NCBI GenBank assembly: GCA_016928435.1
Contig: JAFGKT010000075.1
Coordinates: 3,358 to 67,357 of the forward strand
Reading direction: 5' to 3'
DNA: 64,000 bases
Origin: Sedimentisphaerales bacterium
GTDB taxonomy: Bacteria > Planctomycetota > Phycisphaerae > Sedimentisphaerales > SM23-30
In this document: positions 37,732 to 46,513 of the stretch, piece after piece
Numbering within the stretch: the first letter of the stretch is position 1
How the letters are laid out: each line of letters opens with the position of its first letter
Position numbers and translations under genes: made by a program
The notes under the pieces: model-generated
What the model was told of the DNA's origin: nothing
The model's database searches: none
What the model saw: only the letters and a program-made list of their open reading frames with translations

Positions 37732-37781
37732 GTTGTGAACTCTCGGTCAAATTTAGCAGGTTTGAACGTCGGAATATGCAC

Positions 37782-39440
37782 TCACAAGTGCTTGATCGTA
37801 AGTCCTTGCTGCAATTCTTTCCGGTCAAAAAGCCCAAAGAAAAACTCACGGTTAGCAGACACATTAGCATTTTCAAGCTGAGCTGTCATTCTTTTTTCCG
37901 CGGCAAGCAACTCTTGCCTCTTTTTATCGAGAAGACCGCTTAGTTGCTCATTAACGTCACGAATCTTTTCAAATGCCGCTCGACGCTGCTGGGCTGAGCC
38001 GTTCGCCGACCGCAGTTTACGCGAGTCTTCTACTGCTTGCCGTCGCTGTTCGAGCAATTTCGCTACATCAGCCTGACCCGCGACCGAGTCATCGATATGA
38101 CGTTGAGGATTATAAAGCAGCTCACGTTTAAGTCGTTGAATCCGAGATCGCTCAGTGTCAATCGCAGTCAGGCTCGGCTCGCAGTCGGCAAACAAATGTA
38201 TTGTCGCGCTGGCCACAGCGAACCTCGGCGGTTCAACCCCATAAAACAAACGAATAAAACCATCGGTTACTTGATCGTAACGTCCCCCGCCGATACCGTG
38301 TACAAAATAATCCGCTAAGAACAAACGAACAAATGCCGTCAGCATCAGTGCCTTGGGACGCAATGCCATATTGCCTTCCTTCAATAATCGCCGCAACTGC
38401 CCCACAGCCTGCATATTCGGTTCAAACGCCTCCGCCGGTATCTCGAGCAACGCGTTATCTTGGTCACCCAAAAATATCTTGCCCGCCGATTCGTAAACAT
38501 ACAAAGAACTGCGCGAATGTTGCTCCCGCAATATCCAAAAAGGCATCTCAATCTTGTTGTCATCGATAGTAAGATCAGGTAAAGGCTGCGATTGATTACG
38601 CACACGGTTGGCTGCGCGAAATTCTCCCAAAGCTTGATTGTAACAACTGCTCATCCGCCGCCGTTGCAGCAGCAAATCCAAAAAGAATCCCGTAAAGGCT
38701 GATGAACCACTCATCTCCGAGAGCGGCAAATCACACCAAGACACATTAATCGCCTCCGCCAAGTAGCGATTCAGCAAAACGAAAAACTCACCCAGATTGC
38801 CCCCGCGCCCCGCGATTCGTTCCAGCGTCTCAACCAACCGTGCCATCGGCTGCTTAAGTTTCTCAGGCACCGTCAGAGATCGCAGTTTCGCAACAATACC
38901 ACCAACCTCCGCGACACTCGGCACCGGCAAAAGCTCGACCGGCATAGATAACTGATCCGGACAGAACGGCAAATGCTGCACCGACAGCTTGCCCGCACTA
39001 TCAATCGGCACACTTAGACTGCTATGCTTGGGCAAATCGCTATCCACTGCCACATTCCAGACCACACCCCCTATCGCCCGCGCCAAAAAGTCCGCCAGAG
39101 TGTACTTGATCAGAATGCCGCAATGATAGAACTGACATTGATGCCCGGTGAGTATCAAAGGCGTGGAATAATCGCCGACAGCATCATAAGTGACTTCCCC
39201 ACCCCCAGCCTTACCAGGCCGCAACTTCTGAGCATAACACCTGACCACTTCCCCCAGCTCCTGCCGTGCCTCGCGCCGCATCGAAGGCAAATCACTGTCA
39301 AGAATCTGCAAAGAAGATTGCGACAAGACCACCCGATTGATATCGATCGCCTTGAGCATTTCCCCAATGGTCGGATAAAGCAACTGCTCGCCGTGCTTTT
39401 GAGGTGTATTGAGAACAACTGGATAATTGGAATCGGTCAT
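37782..39440 (-). CDS. Uncharacterised ~550-aa protein, BshC-like (Rossmann-like core plus C-terminal coiled coil)
   Basis: LILTGHQ..FYH.G..IK, VDSD, LRPKAL, FVHGIGGGRYD; helical C-terminus; ATGA overlap with the upstream GT2. The ORF is solid but the function is inferred. Confidence 0.6.
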   Translation of the reverse strand: MTDSNYPVVLNTPQKHGEQLLYPTIGEMLKAIDINRVVLSQSSLQILDSDLPSMRREARQELGEVVRCYAQKLRPGKAGGGEVTYDAVGDYSTPLILTGHQCQFYHCGILIKYTLADFLARAIGGVVWNVAVDSDLPKHSSLSVPIDSAGKLSVQHLPFCPDQLSMPVELLPVPSVAEVGGIVAKLRSLTVPEKLKQPMARLVETLERIAGRGGNLGEFFVLLNRYLAEAINVSWCDLPLSEMSGSSAFTGFFLDLLLQRRRMSSCYNQALGEFRAANRVRNQSQPLPDLTIDDNKIEMPFWILREQHSRSSLYVYESAGKIFLGDQDNALLEIPAEAFEPNMQAVGQLRRLLKEGNMALRPKALMLTAFVRLFLADYFVHGIGGGRYDQVTDGFIRLFYGVEPPRFAVASATIHLFADCEPSLTAIDTERSRIQRLKRELLYNPQRHIDDSVAGQADVAKLLEQRRQAVEDSRKLRSANGSAQQRRAAFEKIRDVNEQLSGLLDKKRQELLAAEKRMTAQLENANVSANREFFFGLFDRKELQQGLTIKHL

Positions 39441-40228
39441 GATTGACAGTTGCACGCTTTGTGCCATGCTAAGCAACCGCAAGGCTGGCTGCTATCCGCA
39501 CACCACCCAACCTTTTCCATCGATTGCTCGAATACCTCCATATAATGGCGTAAACGATTGCTAACATTATCGAGATTGCCGCCGAAGTAGCGATTGGGGT
39601 CATTATAGATCAAACTGACAGGTATCTCACGAACTCGCAAACCATGATACGCCGCCTGTACCCAAAACTCCAGCGGAATCGCATAACCGCACTCGGTCAG
39701 CTCCAATCGAGCCACCGCCGAAACCCGATAAGCCTTAAAACCGCAAAAACTATCTGTAAGATCAAGCCCCAACTTTTCATTCACCATAGCGGTGATGATT
39801 TCATTAACGCTGCGTCTCTCTGCCGGAGGTGTAGAGTATTCCGAAATCGGGCAGAGATAACGCGACCCGCTGATAATATCAGCGTCATCGTTGCAGATAG
39901 CTGAGAAAAACACCGGTATCAAATTCGGATCATGCTGCAAATCACAATCCATGGTGATCATCCACTGGGCACCGCAGGCTTGAGCGAAATGAAAAGCGTC
40001 GATGATCGCTTGGCCATAACCTTTGTTGCAAGGCCGACTGATCAAATTAATGTCAGACCGCCGGACCAGCAATTCCTTCGTACCGTCAGTACTGCCGTCG
40101 TCGATTATCACGATATCATCAGTGTATCGCCGGGCCTGATCCAGCACTTTACTAATGTACTTACGCTCATTGTAAACTGGAATCGCCAGCAACACCGACT
40201 GTCTGGCTTTGAAATCTCGATATTTCAT
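39437..40228 (-). CDS. GT2 glycosyltransferase (DPM1-like)
   Basis: IPVYNE, IDDGSTDGT, NKGYG, MDCDLQH, SGSRY, DSFCGFKAYR. Confidence 0.92.
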   Translation of the reverse strand: MKYRDFKARQSVLLAIPVYNERKYISKVLDQARRYTDDIVIIDDGSTDGTKELLVRRSDINLISRPCNKGYGQAIIDAFHFAQACGAQWMITMDCDLQHDPNLIPVFFSAICNDDADIISGSRYLCPISEYSTPPAERRSVNEIITAMVNEKLGLDLTDSFCGFKAYRVSAVARLELTECGYAIPLEFWVQAAYHGLRVREIPVSLIYNDPNRYFGGNLDNVSNRLRHYMEVFEQSMEKVGWCADSSQPCGCLAWHKACNCQS

Positions 40229-40412
40229 GCAAATATGATAGGCAAAGCACTCTTTAAAGTCAAACAGTCAAGGCTAAACATTACCCATCTTGCCTGTTTT
40301 GCCAATTTGCTTGCCCAATCCCTTCAACCATTGCTTTTACTTAGTCAATAGCCATAATATAGTATTATATTGCCCATTTAACAACACTCTCCTTTCAAAA
40401 CCATAACATTCA

Positions 40413-41231
40413 ATGAATCATACGAATCTATCAACCAAACTCGCTCACCTAAAAGACATCTTGCACAGCTACACCAAAGTAATCGTCGCGTATTCCGGCG
40501 GTACCGATAGCACATTCCTGCTCAAAGTCGCCCTCGATACCTTAGGTCGCGAAAACGTCCTAGCCTGCATCGCCCTAAGCGAATCATTCGCCCAGAGTGA
40601 ATATCAACAAGCCCTGCAACTAGCCCGCCAAATGCAAGCGGAAACCGTAACCATTAACCCCAACGAAATGCAAGACCCCCAATACCGCGCCAACTCCGCT
40701 CAGCGTTGCTTCTATTGCAAACAACATCTATTCGCCAAAATGACCGAACTCGCCCAACAGCGTAACATACCCACCATAATATCCGGCGACAACGCCGACG
40801 ACCCCAACGACCATCGGCCAGGCCTAGCCGCCGCCAAAAATTTCCACATCGCCAGCCCTCTACTAGAGGCCTCCCTCACCAAAGCCGACATCCGAACCCT
40901 AAGCAAACAACTCCAACTGCCCACTTGGAACAAACCCGCCCAACCGTGCCTGGCTTCGCGAATAAGCTACGGCTTAGAGATATCCGCTGATCGCCTGCGC
41001 CAAGTAGAACAAGGCGAACAATTCCTCCGCACCCTGCTCCCAGGACAACCACTGCGAATGCGCCATCACGACCAACTAGTCCGCATCGAAGTACCCACCG
41101 AACATATCGCAAAACTAACCGACGAAAAACTACGCGAAAAAATCGTAACCTTCTTCAAGCAACTAGGCTTCAAATACGTCACCCTAGACCTGCAAGGCTT
41201 CCGCAGCGGCTCCGCCAACGAAGTACTCTAA
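40413..41231 (+). CDS. larE: LarE-family ATP-dependent sulfur transferase
   Basis: PP-loop AYSGGTDS, RCFYCK, DHRPG, PCLASRI, LDLQGFRSGS. Confidence 0.9.
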   Translation: MNHTNLSTKLAHLKDILHSYTKVIVAYSGGTDSTFLLKVALDTLGRENVLACIALSESFAQSEYQQALQLARQMQAETVTINPNEMQDPQYRANSAQRCFYCKQHLFAKMTELAQQRNIPTIISGDNADDPNDHRPGLAAAKNFHIASPLLEASLTKADIRTLSKQLQLPTWNKPAQPCLASRISYGLEISADRLRQVEQGEQFLRTLLPGQPLRMRHHDQLVRIEVPTEHIAKLTDEKLREKIVTFFKQLGFKYVTLDLQGFRSGSANEVL

Positions 41232-41247
41232 CCAACACCATCCGCCA

Positions 41248-41304
41248 ACTTTAGCCCCCGAACGTAAGCAATATTTATATTGCTCTAGCTCGGCGGTTCA
41301 AACT
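41248..41304 (+). repeat. REP-like palindrome, family B, copy 1
   Basis: ACTTTAGCCCCCGAAC...CTCGGCGGTTCAAACT; its ends resemble the reverse complements of 60691-60730 and 60781-60817. Confidence 0.55.
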
Positions 41305-41323
41305 CCAATCCACAATCAATCGC

Positions 41324-42550
41324 CTAACCATCTCCTCGATAAACTACTGTACCCCCCACCATCGTCAACTTCACCTGCCCATCGCCATCCAAAATATCCG
41401 CCGGCACATCCTCCGCGCCAATCCCCCGATCACTAACCGCAACCGCCACAATATCCGCAGCCTTACCAACCGCCAGCGACCCAATCTCATCGGCCCAACC
41501 CAACGCCCGCGCGCCGTTAATCGTACCCATCGCCAATATCGTCTCCGCCTCAAGCTGCGGATAACGCCGCCGCAAAAAACGCATCTCATCAAGAATGCTC
41601 AGCGAATCATTACTAGCCAAGCTGTCCGTCCCCAAACAAACATTGATCCCCATCGCCAGCATTTCCCGAAACCGATGATTGCGATGCCCAAAAAAATCCG
41701 CCGAACGCGGACAATACGCCACACTGTGCCCCCGCCCCGCCAACAAAGCCAAATCCTCATCGTCCGCGTAATTCACATGCGCCAACAAAAAATCACGCCC
41801 CGAAAGCTCCATCCCCAAAAAATACCGGATCGGCGAAACCCCAACCGGCTCAAAACTCCCATCCCATCTTCCAATCCTCTTCAAATACGCAGGCCAAATC
41901 CCCGAACCGTCCCGCAAAAAATCCGCCTCCGCCACCGTCTCCGCCAAATGCGTCGTCAGCAAAACATCACACTCCGCCGCCGCTTCATACAACTTTCGAT
42001 TCGTCGAATACGGCGCATGAGGCGACACCCCCACTCGCATCAACCCATCATCACTCCGCTCCCACACACACTGCGCCAAATAATCCAAAGGCCCCACAAC
42101 ATCCTCCCGCAACCCAATCAGCTCCGCGAACGCCACCTTACGAATCCCACTCTTAGCCAACTCCGCCCGCGCCCGATTCTCATGGCTAATATCACCAACC
42201 GTAGTCACCCCCCCCGCCAACGATGCTTCACATGCCGCACCAATCGTCCCTGCGATATCATCCCCCAACTCCGTCCGCAACTCAACAATCCGCCCCACCC
42301 ATTCCGTAAAATCACCCTCGAACGGAACCCGCCCCCCCAAATCCGACAACTCCAAATGTGTATGCCCATTAACCAACCCCGGCAGCAAAACACAATCCGG
42401 AAGATCAACCACCGCCGCCCCAGAAAACTCCCCCAACAAATCACTATACTCACCAACCCCCAAAATCCGCCCACCATCAACAGCAACCCCCCCCCGCCCA
42501 ACAGCAGCAGCCCCACCCAACCAAACACTATGCCCACGTAATATCAACAT
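41324..42550 (-). CDS. Metal-dependent amidohydrolase (deaminase; aminodeoxyfutalosine deaminase candidate)
   Basis: PGLVNGHTHLE, SPHAPYS, HLAET, YCPRS, LGTDSLASN, GKAADIV. Confidence 0.85.
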   Translation of the reverse strand: MLILRGHSVWLGGAAAVGRGGVAVDGGRILGVGEYSDLLGEFSGAAVVDLPDCVLLPGLVNGHTHLELSDLGGRVPFEGDFTEWVGRIVELRTELGDDIAGTIGAACEASLAGGVTTVGDISHENRARAELAKSGIRKVAFAELIGLREDVVGPLDYLAQCVWERSDDGLMRVGVSPHAPYSTNRKLYEAAAECDVLLTTHLAETVAEADFLRDGSGIWPAYLKRIGRWDGSFEPVGVSPIRYFLGMELSGRDFLLAHVNYADDEDLALLAGRGHSVAYCPRSADFFGHRNHRFREMLAMGINVCLGTDSLASNDSLSILDEMRFLRRRYPQLEAETILAMGTINGARALGWADEIGSLAVGKAADIVAVAVSDRGIGAEDVPADILDGDGQVKLTMVGGTVVYRGDG

Positions 42551-42819
42551 CACCAAAGTGTATCAGCTCCCCCACCACGGTCAACTTCAAAGAGATCACA
42601 ACTTTCTACCATTACATTCAGTTATCCAAGATAACACCCTTGTTTGCAGTCTCTCCTACTGATATACTACCTGCGATCTAGGGTATTTGTCTGGTCGGGC
42701 CATATTCGTATGGCCAAATTTGAGTGTTTACTCGCAAGCCGTTAAGAACACAATGTTGACATACTTTAGACATAGCGGGCTGGTTTAAATGGGCTAAAAA
42801 GAGAACAGAGGCCAAAACG

Positions 42820-44256
42820 ATGAAAATTGGACGAAATCAAAAATGTCCTTGTGGGAGCGGAAAGAAGTACAAGCATTGTTGTGCCAAACCTGAGCCATCG
42901 TTTGACCCGGTTATTGCAGCTACTGAATTGAGCTTACGTGATCGAAACATCATCTTATTTAATGAAATCTTTGATATTTTTAAGATAAATGAGGGAATTG
43001 ACTGGTCAGATATCCAATCAACAATATCTGACGACCAAATTCGTCATATGTATCAAATTGTTGCAGATTTGTGGCACTATAAAACAGACATCGGGTCACT
43101 ATTGCCCAAGCCAGATAACAAGCTTCGCGCATTGTATCAAGGCGACATCGCTCCTGAACTTCTGGTGAGAAATGTATTTCGATTTAGTCTTTATGCTGAT
43201 GAAATTCTTGTGGTTAGCCCATTCTTAAATCCATGGGGAATAAGAGAAGAATATAATCCCATAGATAATCCTGCGCAGCATAAGGTGGATGCACTCAAAC
43301 TTGTCTTCTTCGCAATACAAATGGCACCTTGGATAGATGCCGGGCTAGTTAATCTCATACCAGACCCCAGCGATTATGATCATCAACTGAAAATACGTAC
43401 TTGGAAAATGGCAGAGCAACGAATAAAAAAAGATATGCCGACAGACGAAGATATGGCTCCAGAATTGAATCGTACCGAAGAAGAACTCCGTTCTATTCTG
43501 CTTGCATCACCTAATGAATATCTTATCAGAAAAATGAGGCAATACAACTCTGACGTATCGGAAAAGGAAATTAAAGGCGCACTTGAATATGTGGATCAGT
43601 TACGAGAACAATCCCTATTTATGCCTATGCAGACTTTAGATATGATGGGGCCCCAATTACTTTCACTTCGTTTAGGTGTGAATCTAGAAATGGCATTGTA
43701 TCTATGCCAAAGCACTGGTGCATTTCCGTATACAAATGTCAAATATAGATGGAAAGAGCTACAGTCCGTCAAAGAATCATTGCCTACCGATGCAGAAATC
43801 TGGACCCCATTGACCAAAGCATTTTCTGATTTAGATTTTAGGTTCCTTGATAACATTAATACATCCTTCGCGTGCAATATGCGTAAGGAGAATAGATTGG
43901 AAGGTTTCCGTACGTTTTTGCGACGAATGTGGTCTACTCTTAACAACGAAGATGACTTAACCAAACTTCAATCCAAATCCAGAGATTTTGCAGATGAGCT
44001 ATCAGATGAATATCACAAAGCTAAAGCAGAATGGGACAAGATTGACACCGATTTGATTAAATGGCTTGGGGGGACCATCTCTACTGGAATTGGAGCTAGC
44101 GGATTAGGAGCAATTATTGATGGCAAACTTGGAATCGCGGCTGGAGCGTCGTTTGCCATAAAGGCGGTAACTGAACTAGTTGCCGCAAAAAGAAACCGAA
44201 GGTCGTTCCGCGAGAAAGTTCCAATGTCTGTATTCATAGATTTGAACGGAAAATAA
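42820..44256 (+). CDS. SEC-C motif protein of unknown function (AT-rich)
   Basis: N-terminal KIGRNQKCPCGSGKKYKHCC; 478-aa ORF visibly more AT-rich than its neighbours. Confidence 0.85.
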   Translation: MKIGRNQKCPCGSGKKYKHCCAKPEPSFDPVIAATELSLRDRNIILFNEIFDIFKINEGIDWSDIQSTISDDQIRHMYQIVADLWHYKTDIGSLLPKPDNKLRALYQGDIAPELLVRNVFRFSLYADEILVVSPFLNPWGIREEYNPIDNPAQHKVDALKLVFFAIQMAPWIDAGLVNLIPDPSDYDHQLKIRTWKMAEQRIKKDMPTDEDMAPELNRTEEELRSILLASPNEYLIRKMRQYNSDVSEKEIKGALEYVDQLREQSLFMPMQTLDMMGPQLLSLRLGVNLEMALYLCQSTGAFPYTNVKYRWKELQSVKESLPTDAEIWTPLTKAFSDLDFRFLDNINTSFACNMRKENRLEGFRTFLRRMWSTLNNEDDLTKLQSKSRDFADELSDEYHKAKAEWDKIDTDLIKWLGGTISTGIGASGLGAIIDGKLGIAAGASFAIKAVTELVAAKRNRRSFREKVPMSVFIDLNGK

Positions 44257-44361
44257 ACTATTCAATCAGCCGACCAGGAAGGCCTCATCAGCCCATGCTG
44301 TTTGGTTTTGGGGTACAAGACTTGTTAGGCTGGAATTTTCGCAACCGTCCGCGCGTAGTGC

Positions 44362-45153
44362 CTAGACTTTGACGTACTTTCGCCCGTTGATCTGAGGCAG
44401 CCGCGATTGCGCCGGCCCCGTGCGAGTGGTTCCCGTCTCTGGAGCTGCGAGCTGTTGCTCCATCAGCATTTCCTCAAGATCACCAGCTTTATTTTCGCGT
44501 TCCAGGCTTTCCATGAACTCTTCCGCGGTCTTCAAACGCCGCCGGGCCAGTTCGCGCACCGAATCAAACCGAAAACTCTCGCGCAGCCGCGCCGACCAGT
44601 AATCGTATTCGATCTTGCGTTTCCAGCTCACCAACGCATCGCTGGCACCCCGCCCATGCACCACATACCGGCGGAACTCGTTAAAAATCCCCACTGCCCC
44701 CATATCATCCAAATTGCGCGCATCCGAAAGTATCATCGCTTCGATCAGCGTCGTAGAACGATTCCCAGACTCAATAACAATACTGCAAACCCGCTCCATC
44801 TGCCGCGGGTTGATCAATTCCTGCAATTTCTCCTGGATAATCTGAGCCGAAAAGTCCCGCAAATCCTCATCGGTAAGGTCGGCTAACACCATCCGCGCCG
44901 CCCGATCCTCCTGGTTGGCGTACCGGGCGAAGCCCGCGTCCCGGAAAAGAGCCGCGATATTCAAGCATTCCTGGTCCACCTGGAACCGCTGCGTATCGGG
45001 CAACCGAGCGATACTGCCGCAATGGCGCATTACCCGCCGGGCACGATCGATGAGGTAACGGTCGGGCGTACCCTTTATGGTAGGAACTGCTAGAACTTGA
45101 TCGGATATTTCCTGAATTACGCCTAGATTGGCCATCGCGGACTCCTGTGCCAA
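44362..45153 (-). CDS. HD-fold-like protein with degenerate metal motif
   Basis: IAALFRDAG at the usual AALLHDIG position; EAMILSDARNLDDMGAVG matches the HD-family C-terminal motif. Confidence 0.65.
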   Translation of the reverse strand: MAQESAMANLGVIQEISDQVLAVPTIKGTPDRYLIDRARRVMRHCGSIARLPDTQRFQVDQECLNIAALFRDAGFARYANQEDRAARMVLADLTDEDLRDFSAQIIQEKLQELINPRQMERVCSIVIESGNRSTTLIEAMILSDARNLDDMGAVGIFNEFRRYVVHGRGASDALVSWKRKIEYDYWSARLRESFRFDSVRELARRRLKTAEEFMESLERENKAGDLEEMLMEQQLAAPETGTTRTGPAQSRLPQINGRKYVKV

Positions 45154-45227
45154 TTGTCATCTATGCCAAAAACCAAGGCGACCCAGCGGCAAAAAGAGCA
45201 TTCCCCGCTAAACTCGCCATTTAGCAT

Positions 45228-45256
45228 ATATCGGCCCGACCATCGACAATCCTTGA
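45228..45256 (-). promoter_or_regulatory. Possible sigma28-like promoter of the HD-like gene
   Basis: TCAA-17 nt-GCCGATAT versus the consensus TAAA-N15-GCCGATAA; spacing imperfect. Confidence 0.25.
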
Positions 45257-45302
45257 ATCCCACCGACCAAACAGTCCCATTCCGCTCAAAATCCGCGTCA
45301 GT

Positions 45303-45356
45303 GAAAAAAGGGGACTGGCTCCGCAGCGTCAGCGGAGGTGCCTGTACCCTTTTTTC
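45303..45356. repeat. Long imperfect palindrome (REP-like and/or bidirectional terminator)
   Basis: GAAAAAAGGGGACTGGCTCCGC-agcgtca-GCGGAGGTGCCTGTACCCTTTTTTC directly after the mqnC stop codon. Confidence 0.6.
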
Positions 45357-45358
45357 GC

Positions 45359-46513
45359 CTAGCCATTAATATTGCGATAATAGAAGTCCCGCTGTTGCGG
45401 CTCAAAACCCGCATTGCGTATCAATCCCCGCAGCGTCTCCAACTCCAACATATAGCAAGTCCCCGCCGCGGAAACTACATTCTCCTCCATCATCAGCGAC
45501 CCAGCGTCGTCGCAGCCCGCTAATAAGCTCAACTGAGCGATTTTTGCCCCCATAGTCACCCAAGAAGCCTGAATATGCCCCACATTATCGAGAAAAATCC
45601 GCGCCAAAGCCGTCATTCTAAGCTGCTCCACCGCGTCAGCCGTGACCAATTCCCCCCGCTCGCGAGGTCGACCACTCGCCTCATCATACTCCGCCCGAGC
45701 CCCCAACCGCGTATTACGCCCCTGGAAAGGCCAACAAATAAACGCTGTGAAATACCCCCCCTCACCCGTCCGCTCGCGATACGCCAACGATTCATCCTGC
45801 AAATCCCGCAAACGCTGCAAATGCTCAATCCGCTCCGCCACCGTCTCCACATGCCCAAACATCATCGTCGCCGTCGTACAAATCCCCATTCGGTGCGCTT
45901 GCCTGCTGACTTCCAGCCATTCTTCCGCCGAGCACTTCCCCGGCGAAACCTCCTGCCGCACCGAATCCACCAGTATCTCCGCCCCACCCCCAGGAATACT
46001 GTCCAACCCCGCTTCCCGCAAACGCTCCAGCAACGTTCGCAAAGGCATATCAAAATGCCCCGCCATGAACGCAATCTCAGCCGGCGAAAACCCATGGATA
46101 TGCAACCCCGCAAAACGCCCCTTTATCCCCCTCAACAAATCCTCGTACCACGAAAGCCCCAAAGCCGGGTTCATCCCCCCCTGCAGCAATATCTGCGTCC
46201 CCCCCAACGCAACCAACGGTTCAATCTTAGCATTAACTTCCTCAACCGTCAGCGTATAACCGCCCGGATCCTTACCCCCCACACTAAAAGCACAAAACGA
46301 ACAAGCAGTCCCACAAATATTCGTATAGTTAATATTACGCTCGATCGCGTAAGTGCGAACCTCTGACCCATGCAGCAAATCAGCAATCTCCCCACCCCGC
46401 CGACACAATTCATGCAGATTCCCATCACGATACAACTGCTCCGCCCGCTGCGCCGTTATCCGCTCCACACCCCTTCGCCCCACCGCAGCGACAAAATCCG
46501 CACAAGTAACCAT
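45359..46513 (-). CDS. mqnC: Cyclic dehypoxanthine futalosine synthase (radical SAM)
   Basis: RNINYTNICGTACSFCAF, ILLQGG, PGGGAEIL, TATMMFGH, IQASWVT, MMEENVVSAAG; adjacent to mqnA. Confidence 0.88.
   Translation of the reverse strand: MVTCADFVAAVGRRGVERITAQRAEQLYRDGNLHELCRRGGEIADLLHGSEVRTYAIERNINYTNICGTACSFCAFSVGGKDPGGYTLTVEEVNAKIEPLVALGGTQILLQGGMNPALGLSWYEDLLRGIKGRFAGLHIHGFSPAEIAFMAGHFDMPLRTLLERLREAGLDSIPGGGAEILVDSVRQEVSPGKCSAEEWLEVSRQAHRMGICTTATMMFGHVETVAERIEHLQRLRDLQDESLAYRERTGEGGYFTAFICWPFQGRNTRLGARAEYDEASGRPRERGELVTADAVEQLRMTALARIFLDNVGHIQASWVTMGAKIAQLSLLAGCDDAGSLMMEENVVSAAGTCYMLELETLRGLIRNAGFEPQQRDFYYRNING

Noticed and set aside
39437-39500. Cys-rich C-terminal tail of the GT2 (CADSSQPCGCLAWHKACNC)
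   Set aside because: Short and outside the catalytic domain, next to a gene overlap; no evidence for metal binding without ortholog conservation
46318-46345. Weak resemblance to a dif/Xer site
   Set aside because: Encodes the conserved ERNINYTN motif of MqnC, and the XerD arm matches poorly
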